A stretch of 20,779 nt of DNA. Origin: Enoplolaimus lenunculus. Taxonomy: Eukaryota. Positions 10,523 to 20,758 of the stretch are shown one piece after another. The notes beneath the pieces were generated by a model. The model saw only the letters and a list, made by a program, of their open reading frames with translations, was not told the DNA's origin and did no database searches. Every line of letters starts with the position of its first letter. The stretch's first letter is position 1. The position numbers and the translations under genes were made by a program. The stretch lies in NCBI GenBank assembly GCA_030248215.1, contig JASANG010003092.1, positions 868,001 to 888,779 on the forward strand, in the 5' to 3' direction.

Positions 10523-13500
10523 CTAAAAACACAACATCAATTATATTTAAAATTATCGACTTAAATTATTTTAGCATCTATACGATTTAAAAACATTCTT
10601 GCTTAATACGAAGCCACGCTAAGCTCATCTAACAGCTTATGGTATGTTGAAAGTTAAAGTTAGGTTTAATGATATGTTTATAAATAAAGCTTCAAACTTG
10701 AACAGTTTTGATAAACTAAAATGATTGGTCAGACAAAGTTATATTGACTCCATCAACTATCTTCCATACAACGACTTGTGGCATGGTAAAATTAAGGCAC
10801 TTGTTTACTCTGCTGCTTTTCCCACAAAAAGTTGCTCCCACACATAATGAGGGGAATAAAAAGGCTTAGGCTTGGTCTTTAGGTTTAAACTTAGTCTTCG
10901 AATAATAATAAATCATTCAGAAGGGGGTTGCGTTCTATTAAATTAACGCTATTGTGGAAAAAGGGTAAGCAAGTAAATAAAATCACCCCCACTCCTGCAG
11001 ATATATTTATATTCAATTTAAATTCAATTGTCTTATAAACGAAAGCTAAATCCGGTATGTTCCACTATGCGGTTCTGATACGAACTCCGGCTACTTTCAG
11101 TGTCTCACGGGGTCGAATTTGTCATTTTGCCCATCTCTTTCTAAACGCTGCTTGGCATCCGTTCGTTTCTCAGCAGAATGGAAGGCGAATTCATCATTTT
11201 GTTTCCTCGTCACTTGTAAAAGCCTTCACTGGTTCTTACCCACAGACTCCGATTCTTCTGAAGACTCTCGACTGCTCGACGGGGCAGGAGATTGCGAAGG
11301 TGGTGTTCCGAGCAATTTCACCGTGTCCTCGCCAAATACTTCGACAATACTACAAATTGAAATATTCGAATTAAAAATTAACAAAAAAAACCAGAACGTT
11401 AATTTATTAGGACAAGTGTAAAAACAACATATCATCAACTCCTGAGTGGTATTATCATGGTGTTGACGATGGCTCTTAGACAAGAGTATGCAACATATCG
11501 TACGTGAACGGTGACGGATGGTGCCGTATGGGTGAGCGATGGTGACGGACGGCGCCGTACGGGTGAATCCCGGTGATGGACAGTGCCGCACGTCAACAAA
11601 AGTATAGCGCAACCCTAAACCATTGCGCAAACCTTTATCTGAGCTTACGCCAGAACCTAATCTTTAATGTTGGCGAAAGTGTACTTTTGTTTCAAGAAAC
11701 TTTACTTGTCAATCAGGAATTTAGTAATCGCCGAAATTTCTTTTACACTACGAGTGATTTTCGCTTCAGATCCGGGTGGCGGAGCGAACAACGATAGGCC
11801 GAAACAAATCGCAAGATTCGATGATGTCATTTTGTTGATGCTTTGTTTTTCGGTGACGTGATACAGTAAACACACAAGATTTCGGAGCAGATTTAGGTTT
11901 GCCGCTGGTAGCGATGAAATTTGCCTGAAAAAGAAACAAAACGGCGAAAATTTATTGCAAAGTTAATAGGACAGGACGATTCTGCATTCCGAATGGAATA
12001 AAATATACGCGAACACAACGCCAGATTTGTGTTCTGATTAAATTACAATCTTGCACTGTAGAGATTTTGCACCTAATCCACCCTAGGGCGTACATAATTC
12101 AAGGATGTAACAACGAGATAACAGATCTCAAACCCCCTTTGTCATTTTTATCTATGCATTTTGTGTGAACTTTATCACTTGGTGACAAAACAAACTACCC
12201 CTTCAGCTTGTTTATACAACGTAACTTCGTTTCCAAAATCCTGGCTACGCCTCCAGAGCGCAACATGAAAGTAAAACAATTATTATTCCACAATCTTACA
12301 TTATACGTCTAAAGAACCTAACGGCTATTAAACTATTGCTGGACAATACATGTTACCTTTTAATTCCACTGATTTGTTTAGTCACATCTTCATTTGCAAA
12401 TATAGCCAACCATTCGGTAAGCCTGCTGAATATTAGCAAACCTTCTGGAATCGCGCGGAGGTATTCCTAAAACCAATTATTATAGATACTCAGTAAGAAT
12501 TTTTTCATTAATAAAATGCATATTACACAATAACTTGCGTACCCTATGTCACAATTTTCTTATCTGCCTGTTATGTACAGGTTTTGAAGAATTGCGTCTT
12601 AGAGTGACTCTATACTTGTCGCGCAGCACCGTACGTCGCCGCCAGTAACCGTACGGTAACGCACGCGTGTAATTCGCGTACGATACCAAACGGTGACGGA
12701 AGGCGACGGACGGCGTCGAAACAGATTAAAAATCTTAAAACGTATAAAAGTCAACTCTTCAACGGTACTGCAAGCCTGTCTTTTATAGGTCATTCTGAGT
12801 TTTCCATTATACTAAAGATTGATGCGTTACCACTGGGCAAGGTGTAACTGGATATTCGTTTCCGGTTAAAATCGGTGTTGATTTCTGTTACAGAAATATC
12901 GAATGTACTGCTATTTATAGGTTCATACTTAGTTGCAAATTAATTATAAATTGTACAATTTTTTGATACAGATATGCTGCAAATGTTCCGTTTAAAATAA
13001 AAAATGACGAAATTCATCCAAAACCTTTAAGCCCAGCAGTGTGGATAGAAAAATAGAACATCGTTTAACACTTTATACTTCAATATTCGCATTCCGCTTC
13101 CGTTATATTGATCACTACCAGTTTCTGTTATTTTTACTATCCGTTTACACCTTGTCAGTGGGTATCACACGTTAATATCTCCTTCAAATTATGAGAAGGC
13201 AACACGCTAAAAGCCATGCTTTTAGTGAAATAAAAGCCCCTCTCAGAAGATTTTTGGCCTCTCTGGCGTACCTTCAACAACGAAGCGGTCACAATACCAG
13301 GTACAACGTCAAAATCAACATTTTCTCCATTATCAAGCTTTTCACGTATTTCTCTGACTGAAGAAGTTTTTGGCGTACGGCGAAATATGCCATCTGTGTA
13401 CAAACCATTATCAAAAAGTGCTCGAATCATTGCCTTAAAATATATATATAAACAATAAAATAATAATAATAATTATAATAATAATAAAATAATTTAAGGC

Positions 13501-16500
13501 ATGGTTTTTATAATAAACTGAACTCAGAAAAACTCGACAATATAAATTAACCGTTAGCAGATTCCGTAAGCGGGTGGAGTCCCTAAAGCCTAATTATATT
13601 CCATTAAAATGTCAATTATCCCTAATTGTAGTGCATGAATGACTTCAGGTCCAAAAAGTTGAGTTCGAATCTGTAAAACATAATTAAGTTTTGAAACAGC
13701 ATTAGTAAGTATAACCTTGCATTATCGCTTTAGTTTTGAATACACAAGTAAACGTTTAATTCAACGGATAGTTGCAATACCGGATATAGCGGTATCCGAA
13801 GGGCGGCGGATTGCGGGTGAAAATAAATAACAGTCCGCAAACGAATAACAGTGGGGTACCCTCAAGGGAAGCCAAATAAATATCAGTCCCACCTTTTATT
13901 CGGGTCACTACAATAAATGATTCAAAATTAATCAATGGAATAAAACGGTTCTGTTCGATTTGAGCTAAATTAGGGTTGCGCGATACTTGTCGTGTGGAGT
14001 CGTCCGTCACCGTCTGTCACCGGCCTATCGTACGTTAGAGAAATTCGGGTACGATACTGCACGCGACGGACGGGGTGCCGGAGGCATAAAATACAATCAA
14101 AAATTGCGACACAACCGTTAAAGTTCATCTGTACCTTGTTCAGACTAAAATTTCAAAATTATACTGAAATTTACAACATTATTGGAGTTGCATCCGGGTC
14201 CGGACATTTATTCACTGCATTTTCAGCGAAAAATTCCAGGTCCGGGTAGGTACTTATTTTTACACGTTGCCGTTGAGTTTGTACCATTACAGGTTCCGGA
14301 ACTCCAGCCTCAGTGCCATCGCCAGGATTTGCGTCCAACGGTTGGCCAAACAATTGTCCGTCGTAAACGGTTTCTTCCGGATGACTTCGCGACTGTGGCG
14401 GAGTTGGCGATGCTGACAAAACGGAATCAATCGATTCTTGTTTGATCATAATTTTCCGTTTCAACTGAGCGACTTTTTGCCGAAATTTGTTACCACCGGC
14501 TGAAAAAAAGAATAAATAAATACATAAACATTAACATAAGACAAACTACAGAAATTTGATAATTTTAGCTGCATTAACGGTGCAGTTTGCTGTATTTATT
14601 ACCGCTGGCTTCAAATATTGCGGAATGGAGAGATTTCAAGCTGCAGTACGGCAGTTGCTAGGAAAACCCAGGTAAGAAAAGTCAAATATTCTTATTTTCA
14701 TTAAATTTAGTATGGGTTTTGAATAAAAAATGCTATTATGAAAAGTGTAATCGGCGAACAATAATCATTTCGCTTATGGTGAATTTACTCTGAATTTATC
14801 AAAATTTGAATTCACTCTATGTAACATGCTTTAAAATTTGAACTCCAATCACCGACTACAGCAGAGGTGACACTGGTCGAGAAGTATGGGTGGCCAGTTT
14901 CATGTGTAGACTACAGATATTGACAGTCGTAGTACAACTACATGTATTAAGCGAAGCTCAGACATAGGTACTTTTTCATCAGTCTAGTTAAGCGTTCCAA
15001 ACTTATAAAGTACAAACGGATAGTTTGCCCCACTTACTTCCTCAATATCTAATATGCAACTTATTAATTAACTATTCATTGATCGGTTTTGGAGGTTTAC
15101 GAACAATTTATTCAGATTGCTAGCACCTTAAATCCCTTCAGTAACCCTAATAATCAGTGAAATAATTTAACTAGACCAAATTTATGCTTATTAGTTAAGG
15201 TAATATGCAAATTAGCTATTAGCTAACTGTTTAATTATCGGTCTTAAAGGTTTATAAACAATTTATTCTGAATGCTCGCACCCAAAACCCTTTTGTACTG
15301 AATTTGATTGCTTGTGACCCTTATAATCAGAGAAATAATTGAAAAAGTCCTTATTTACGTTTACTAATTAAGCTAATATGCAAGTTAGCTATTAGCTATC
15401 TATTCAAAAATCGGTTTTGGAGACTTATAAACAATTTATACAGATTTCTTGTACGCAGAAACTTTTTAGTACTGAAATTACATTGGTTGCAACCACTAAT
15501 AATTAGTGAAATACAATAAAAAGGCTAAAATTTAGGCTTAACCAATTATGCAAATTATCCTATAGGTAATAAATGGCTTAAAATTGTAAAACCACAATAC
15601 GATGTTAACACCCCAAGATAATGAGCTTGCTGTTAAAAAGTGTATCAAAATCAGTTCAGCGGTCCCTGAAATTCTTTATGGACGGTCAGACGGACGAACG
15701 GACGCAAATCCACCTTTCCACCCCCGAGTACAAAACATAAAACGCTTTCGCTTCGTTTAATAAAAGTTGCAAAATTCTAGTGTCATTTTTCTTAATCTGT
15801 TAAGAATCCAAAATTGTTAAAAATTTAATTCTTTCAATCTGCAGTGGTATACCTACAGAAAATTGAAGTGGGACGCCGGGAGCCAGGACCAGATTTCGAA
15901 GCCTGATGGTGGAACACGCCGTCTTATGTCCGGCAAAAATCGGGATGGATTCTTTTCGGTTTTCAATGTATTAACCTCGTTTAGGTTTCATCACAAAATG
16001 GCACTTTAGATCGCACACCAGGTCTGACGTTGTATTTGCCAGATCTTCAAGTTGCTCTAGAGGTGGCAAATCAACCGCTGCGTTACTTTGTATTTCGTCG
16101 CGCAAATGTGATATTATTATTGAAAATGGTATTTCGTGACCTATAAACCATAAACAACAGTAATAAACATTAAAATGTGAATATACCCGAAATTTCTATA
16201 GACAGGAAAGACATTTTAACATGATTTAGAATAGCTTTCGATTGCCGTCTCTCCCAGAAGCGTAGGCATAAGGAGTAAAGAGAGCAATTGTTCCCTGCTC
16301 CAGCGGCTTTGCCAAATTAAATTTTCTTAATAAATGCTATCCGAAACAAATAGGCTTTAAAACAAAAGCATATATGTCGTAGCCGAAGTCGTAATTCAGC
16401 CTAATTCCGAATCGGGCTAGTCCAAAGCGAAATTACGACTTGGACTAGCCCAAGGCGGAATCATGTCTGATAAATCTGTGCGTTTTCTGATTGGTTACTT

Positions 16501-18399
16501 GATAGTCGTAATCTTGTTTGATTCCACTTTACTCAGTAAAACAAACTGTTTGGTTGCCAACCGGTGGCGATTGCTCTGCCAATCAGAAAAGAGTATTCGT
16601 AACAGCCAATCGTATTTGAGTATGGCATTAAGGTAGTAACCTATCACAAAGCGTGAACTTGTCGCATAAAAAGAAGCTAGCCGTGGGCTATTCCCTGGAC
16701 TAAATTACGACTTGGGCTACGACATATACTTAAGTAATTGTGACCGTCCCATACCAGAACATGACTGTTTCCGCTTTTTCACTGGAACCATAATCCTTTT
16801 CAACAGGATAGCTTTAGCACGACGCTCACGCGTATACCAGGTTGAACTGGGTAAACACTGAGCATATTTAATTCGCAGACAGTAGTCCTCCTGTTACATT
16901 GTTCTCTTATGCCGCAAAATACCCCCACATAACAATTTGCGATAAGACATACATACTGCAATTGTTTTCACTCACCATACAGCGGGTACGGAGCACTCTC
17001 ACGCCCAGAATACACCCACAGTTGATGGGACCGTTCGGACTCGGATCCAGATATATCGAACATATCTAACGCAAGACGAAGAACGTTAGACGCAGTTTGA
17101 TGATGGTTAACCAGACAAACGGCAGACTAAAACATCACATTTTCTATAATCACTAAGTTTTACTAGGGTTTAGATATAGCGTTGCGTTCTAGTAACATAC
17201 TCAATGAATGTTTATTTAGTAGAACAAAATTTACTTTTCTAAAACGGCAATCATCGAACCTTGCTTAGCAATTAGTTCACACAAGTTGTAGTCGAAGTAC
17301 TGTCAATGGCGGAGTGTTCACATTAATCCGGCACCACCCAGCAGTATGTAGCCAATAAAACTTATACGACTGGATAGTGTATGCAATTATTATAGACTGG
17401 CCATGTTAACTATAAACGTCTGAGCGTTAAGCCTAAGCGTAAGCCTAAACATAAAGTTCACCCGTAAACCTCAAGTCTCCCTGTCAACCAGGCGAATGGC
17501 CCCTAACACGCTCCGTTCTAGGCGAAAATCTCAAATATTTAAATACAGCTTCCGCTTACATCGGTTGCTTTGATATGCTTGTTATGCACACGAATCGTAG
17601 TGACTTTGGGAAATTCGCGATCTTTTTCAAAGTTAATACAAGTAACCAGCTGGCGGTACCACGAATCGCGGTCGTTTTTATTTCTAAAATTTGTTTATAT
17701 TTTCTAAATATTCATTGTTTGAAATCCAGGGGGCGCATATACAAGCAGAGTTGCACGCGATCAGCGGACAAACACAGTGGCTGCGTAAGATTATTTTAGC
17801 CCATCTAAAAAGATCTCAGAGGCGAAAGTTCTTCTGGGGGACTGCAATAGAGTACGCTAAAGCTTTAGAGGCTTAGGAATATGCTTATAGTATGGTTACG
17901 ACCGTGTTCTATACATTGGCCAAAATTTTTGGCATAGGTCTACACTGCGGTTAAAGATTTTCAAAACGCGCGGCTAAACTTTTGTGATTCATTACCCACG
18001 TAGAATTTGAGTAACATACGAAAGACGAAGTATACCTCTACATTAGCCCTGTGTTATTTTGTTTCACATATACAATAACGGGTTGTTTTACTACAGGTAT
18101 CAGGGCACATCCGAAGGTCTGCCTATGACTAAGGTAAAAACGATGTCTCCTGTAAGTTTTGCTGGTCCGGAAAATTTGTTTTCATCTGCGGTTACATATA
18201 GTGATCGTTCAAGGTTTGGTATAGTTTCTCAAAAACTCACTTAAACGTTGCCACGTAATTGGTCGTTGGCCAACCAATAACAAACGACGCATAAGGAGCA
18301 GCGATTGGAGGCAACTCAGCAACGTCATCGATGGTGTCTTCACTGAGCCAAACTTCACTAAGGCGTACTTTTTCTTTGACCTTGTAACTATTCAGTATT
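5844..18399 (-). CDS. ARHGAP20: ARHGAP20/TAGAP-family RhoGAP (PH-RA-RhoGAP plus long disordered C-tail), 5'-partial, 11 coding exons: 18241-18399, 17560-17683, 16976-17126, 15976-16140, 15857-15922, 14285-14499, 13272-13433, 12357-12466, 11706-11924, 11240-11349, 5844-10522
   Basis: Manual splicing gives one open frame (6160 nt) with GT-AG introns and matching phases. Motifs SFVIGWPTTNYVATF, QLWVYSGRESAPYPLYGHEIPFSI, CHFVMKP, GQLFGQPL, DGIFRR, ASLLKEYLRAIP and NKMTSSNLAICF resemble vertebrate ARHGAP20 as I recall it (SFVLGWPTVNFVATF, YQLWVNSGKEEAPYPLIGHEYPYGI, CQFILKP). Orthology is inferred, not tested. Confidence 0.9.
7446..7523 (-). repeat. Coding compound microsatellite (AAC)18(AAT)8 encoding Asn26
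   Basis: Counted directly on the + strand: (ATT)8 at 7446-7469 and (GTT)18 at 7470-7523. Confidence 0.97.
11240..11349 (-). CDS. ARHGAP20: Exon, RhoGAP end (NIVEVFGEDTVKLLGTPPSQSPAPSSSRESSEESESV)
   Basis: Acceptor aatttgtAG, donor GTaaga; 110 nt, phase 2 to 1; N...IFGE-like end of the GAP domain. Confidence 0.9.
11495..11617. mobile_element. Palindromic MITE family (GTGACGGACGG core), partial copy A with three ~30-bp internal units
   Basis: Ends in AAGTATAGCGCAACCCTA, the reverse complement of the left end of copy C (TAGGGTTGCGCGATACTT) with one mismatch. Confidence 0.65.
11706..11924 (-). CDS. ARHGAP20: Exon, RhoGAP C-half (QISSLPAANLNLLRNLVCLLYHV...NKMTSSNLAICFGLSLF...TKFLID)
   Basis: Acceptor ctttttcAG, donor GTaaag; 219 nt, phase 2 to 2; LP.AN..LL and NKM...NLA motifs. 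Confidence 0.95.
12357..12466 (-). CDS. ARHGAP20: Exon, RhoGAP (EYLRAIPEGLLIFSRLTEWLAIFANEDVTKQISGIK)
   Basis: Acceptor ggttttAG, donor GTaaca; 110 nt, phase 0 to 2; completes the LLK-EYLR-IP motif. Confidence 0.93.
12600..12759. mobile_element. Palindromic MITE family, copy B
   Basis: Imperfect TIRs TAGAGTGACTCTATACT / CGTATAAAAGTCAACTCTT; internal arms fold back around ~12672; shared CGTACGATA...CGGTGACGGA core. Confidence 0.65.
13272..13433 (-). CDS. ARHGAP20: Exon, RhoGAP catalytic region with arginine finger (AMIRALFDNGLYTDGIFRRTPK...TASLLK)
   Basis: Acceptor tattttaAG, donor GTacgc; 162 nt, phase 0 to 0; the Arg codon of GIFR is at 13380-13382. Confidence 0.95.
13560..13913 (-). mobile_element. 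Same repeat family, copy 2 (intronic, inverted relative to copy 1)
   Basis: Shared blocks include TGACCCGAATA, CTGATATTTATTTGGC, GAGGGTACCCC, GCAACTATCC.TTGAATTAAACGT, AAGGTTATACTTA, TTCGAACTCAA and TTTAGGGACTC. Confidence 0.75.
13971..14119. mobile_element. Palindromic MITE family, copy C
   Basis: Starts TAGGGTTGCGCGATACTTGTCG; contains CCGTCACCGTCTGTCACC and the inverted pair TATCGTAC/GTACGATA; degenerate right end. Confidence 0.6.
14285..14499 (-). CDS. ARHGAP20: Exon, linker and RhoGAP N-terminus (GGNKFRQK...DGQLFGQPLDANPGDGTEAGVPEPVM)
   Basis: Acceptor ctttttttcAG, donor GTacaa; 215 nt, phase 1 to 0; LFGQPL motif. Confidence 0.9.
14925..15765 (+). mobile_element. Helentron-associated non-autonomous element (HINE/DINE-1-like) with internal satellite
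   Basis: Subterminal inverted repeat TATTAAGCGAAGC (14945-14957) / GCTTCGTTTAATA (15750-15762), 12 of 13 matching; GACG microsatellite at 15680-15704; short 3' hairpin and A-rich end; central tandem array. The left boundary is approximate. Confidence 0.6.
15050..15560. repeat. Degenerate ~170-bp tandem repeat, about 3 copies
   Basis: Anchor TATGCAA at 15053, 15204, 15377 and 15547 (spacings 151, 173, 170). Shared blocks include ATCGGT, AACAATTTAT and TAAT.AG.GAAATA. Confidence 0.85.
15857..15922 (-). CDS. ARHGAP20: Putative 66-nt symmetric exon (DGVFHHQASKSGPGSRRPTSIF)
   Basis: Acceptor tttttgccggacataAG after a 53-nt intron, donor GTaggt; phase 1 to 1; GC-richer than its flanks. The frame is kept with or without it. 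Confidence 0.55.
15976..16140 (-). CDS. ARHGAP20: Exon, end of RA domain (GHEIPFSIIISHLRDE...CDLKCHFVMKPKR)
   Basis: Acceptor ggtttatAG, donor GTtaat (weak, but reading through hits TAA); 165 nt, phase 1 to 1. Confidence 0.85.
16371..16728. mobile_element. MITE with ~30-bp TIRs and probable TA target duplication
   Basis: Left end TATATGTCGTAGCCGAAGTCGTAATTCAGCC vs reverse-complemented right end TATATGTCGTAGCCCAAGTCGTAATTTAGTC (3 mismatches); no coding capacity. Confidence 0.88.
16976..17126 (-). CDS. ARHGAP20: Exon, Ras-association (RA) domain (SAVCLVNHHQTASNVLRLALDMFDISGSESERSHQLWVYSGRESAPYPLY)
   Basis: Acceptor gttttAG, donor GTgagt; 151 nt, phase 0 to 1; QLWV.SG...APYPL motif. Confidence 0.92.
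17560..17683 (-). CDS. ARHGAP20: Exon, PH C-terminal helix and RA start (NKNDRDSWYRQLVTCINFEKDREFPKVTTIRVHNKHIKATD)
   Basis: Acceptor aattttAG, donor GTaagc; 124 nt, phase 2 to 0; contains the conserved PH-helix Trp. Confidence 0.88.
18241..18399 (-). CDS. ARHGAP20: Exon, PH domain part (ILNSYKVKEKVRLSEVWLSEDTIDDVAELPPIAAPYASFVIGWPTTNYVATF)
   Basis: Acceptor ttttgtttcAG, donor GTgagt; 159 nt, phase 2 to 2; family motif SFVIGWPT. Not in the ORF track. Confidence 0.9.
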
Positions 18400-19327
18400 C
18401 TGAAACAAAATGTTATTTTGTAATGAAAAATACATAGCTAATAACGCTAGTTTTTATACCCAAATATCTCGTTCGCAATATCTCGCGACTAAAATTTGAG
18501 TGTTTTCTAAAGAATACCAGGCTACATGCAAGAATTCTCTATTGTGATTTTAGAGAAGTTGGCCTGTTTATTCCCAATTATCCTTGTATTTTACTCAACC
18601 CGTTTATCGAAGATCGCAAAACTTAATAATCCTTTCAAGAAATTGAGAGGACGTATGTCTGCTGTAATTTCTCTTGTATACATCCTATTTCTGGTAATCA
18701 TTGCCTATGATCTTAAAATACTGTTATCTTCAGTTTCATTCCTAAGATCCCTCAGTCTACCAATTACCTTGCACCGCGACACAAGATATTACCGCAAGTT
18801 GCCCTCACAAACGATTTGTACAAAAATACATGAAAACTATTGACTCGTAAAACTGTGGCTCATACGTATTTTATTTCTTGTATATATTGTATTATATTTA
18901 TTATTTATATATAACTATGATAATAATCTTTATGACATTTTCGTCGCATTTAAAATCGCGACACTAAAATGAACACGCAGAGCGGCCCACGAGTCCGCAT
19001 CGTGTATCCCCTCTGTATGAGTGGCGCGGCGTAGATACAAACTTCGAATGGCCGGGACCGTCATACGATTAAAATATTAGTTCTTACAATAGAATTGACA
19101 AATCGGTAGCGATTATTCAGAAATCCAGTGGTTCTATCCAGCAAAAAGTGTTTCAATTGGCCCGGTCTGCCTAGCGGCTTCCCCCTTATTTTTGTTCCCA
19201 TCGTCGCCTCCTTTTATGTGTTTAAGTTTGCCCTATCGCTGTGACTACTATTAAAGTTTTGCACACACACACAGTCGTTGTGATTAGAGATTTTCATGAT
19301 AAAATTTAGGGAATTGTTTACTATGTT

Positions 19328-19365
19328 CACTGGCGGATTCAGAAATTTATGACAGGGGCATACGC

Positions 19366-19404
<39 letters not shown>

Positions 19405-19525
19405 GTGAAAACAGTTCGCGAGCGAAGCGAACGAGAAGCCGAAGGCAATTTGTGATATCACAAAATTTTGGTTTTGATCCCTGTTGTGGACCTCGGCGCG
19501 CATGGACCTCTTGGATCTTATACTG
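19328..19525. mobile_element. Degenerate MITE enclosing the (AT)n tract
   Basis: Ends CACTGGCGGATTCAGA / TCTTGGATCTTATACTG are weakly inverted; internal GCGAGCGAAGCGA motif; a related start CACTAGCGAATACAGA is at ~19742. Confidence 0.4.
19369..19400. repeat. (AT)16 microsatellite
   Basis: Directly visible. Confidence 0.97.
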
Positions 19526-20758
19526 GCTGAAAGGTTATCCCCGCTCTGTATACTTTTACCGCAATGATCGAATGAGTAGAAGAACGAGCATTTTTTTACA
19601 CTTTTCGTTCACGAATGCGAAAAGAAAGTGAAAACTGCGAAAAAGTATGTGGAATCGAAATATTTGAAAAGTATGTAACCGATATCTATACAATCATATC
19701 TCTAATTCAAACAAACATACTACGATTTGGAAGACAATGTTCACTAGCGAATACAGAGGGGGGGCGTACGCCTCTCTGACAGAATTTTTTTGTGATCCAA
19801 TAGGATGGTGCCTGGTAAAGCACGGGTCGGGTATTGATCTCTATTCATCTGATTTAGTATAAATACAATGTATATTATATTTTCGCTTCGCCCGAAGTGG
19901 GAAATTTTTTTAGGCATCTGTCATACAGAATGAAAATTATACTCTAGTGCGAAACACGAATACATTCTACGGTTCGCATTTTAGCAAACTGAAAATGGTA
20001 AAGAACCTTAATTTTGTTATTGACAAAAATCTGGCCCCTTAGCACCCTTTGCACTGGCTGACCGCGGGGTTCGGGGGCGCTTCCCACAGCGCTGATTGGT
20101 CTGGACCTAACCTATCAAAATACCTCAACTGTACTGAAATAAACAACTTTGAAAATGCAGCACCGAAGGTAAAGCTATTGATATATTTACCACAGCGATT
20201 TCACAGAAATCATAAAAATCCCGTCAGATCCGTGTACGTTGTCTTTTCTAAGACGGGGTACTGACTGGAATTTTACCTGCGGATAAACGCAGGCCGGGTA
20301 AAAAGTTTCAGACCCGGGTAAACCCGTAGATATAGAGATTTGTATCACTCGGGTAAAAAAATGACAGTTTTAGCCAGCGCTAAACTTGACTGATATTGCC
20401 TGTTTTAATTCGTATCAGCTGCTGTGCAGTATGCTATTGCCTATGTTTTATTTAGTTTGGTTTGAAATTTTGTTGTTTCTAGTAAAATTTCATATGTAAA
20501 ATTCATTGTAGCTATTACGCGAAAGTTCATTAAGTTGTAAATCATATTGGTTTCCCTTCAGGCCAGGGTATGCTGTTGGTCGCGGTAGATCTTTTTAGTC
20601 GCGAGCATAATTGCGGGGTAACACAAATTCTTGTCTATAAAGTGTGTGTTGAGTAAATCTCTTACTCATCTCCCCGTCGGTATATGTGCACGTAAGTGTA
20701 TGTAAACCAAATGTTGCCATGCCTGTGCGCATATACCGGTATAAGAAGTTGTTGCAAT

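Noticed and set aside
10523..10532. ORF-track start MFL, implying a stand-alone 1562-aa gene
   Set aside because: The start codon is GTG inside the intron acceptor tract; the ORF is the last exon of the RhoGAP gene.
15851..15975. Stop-codon readthrough extending exon 15976-16140 to a later donor
   Set aside because: The frame is open after TAA, but TAA is a poor readthrough codon; the mini-intron model is simpler.
20191..20275. Candidate upstream exon of the RhoGAP gene
   Set aside because: No PH-like sequence, and joining it to exon 18399 in the required phase creates TGA.
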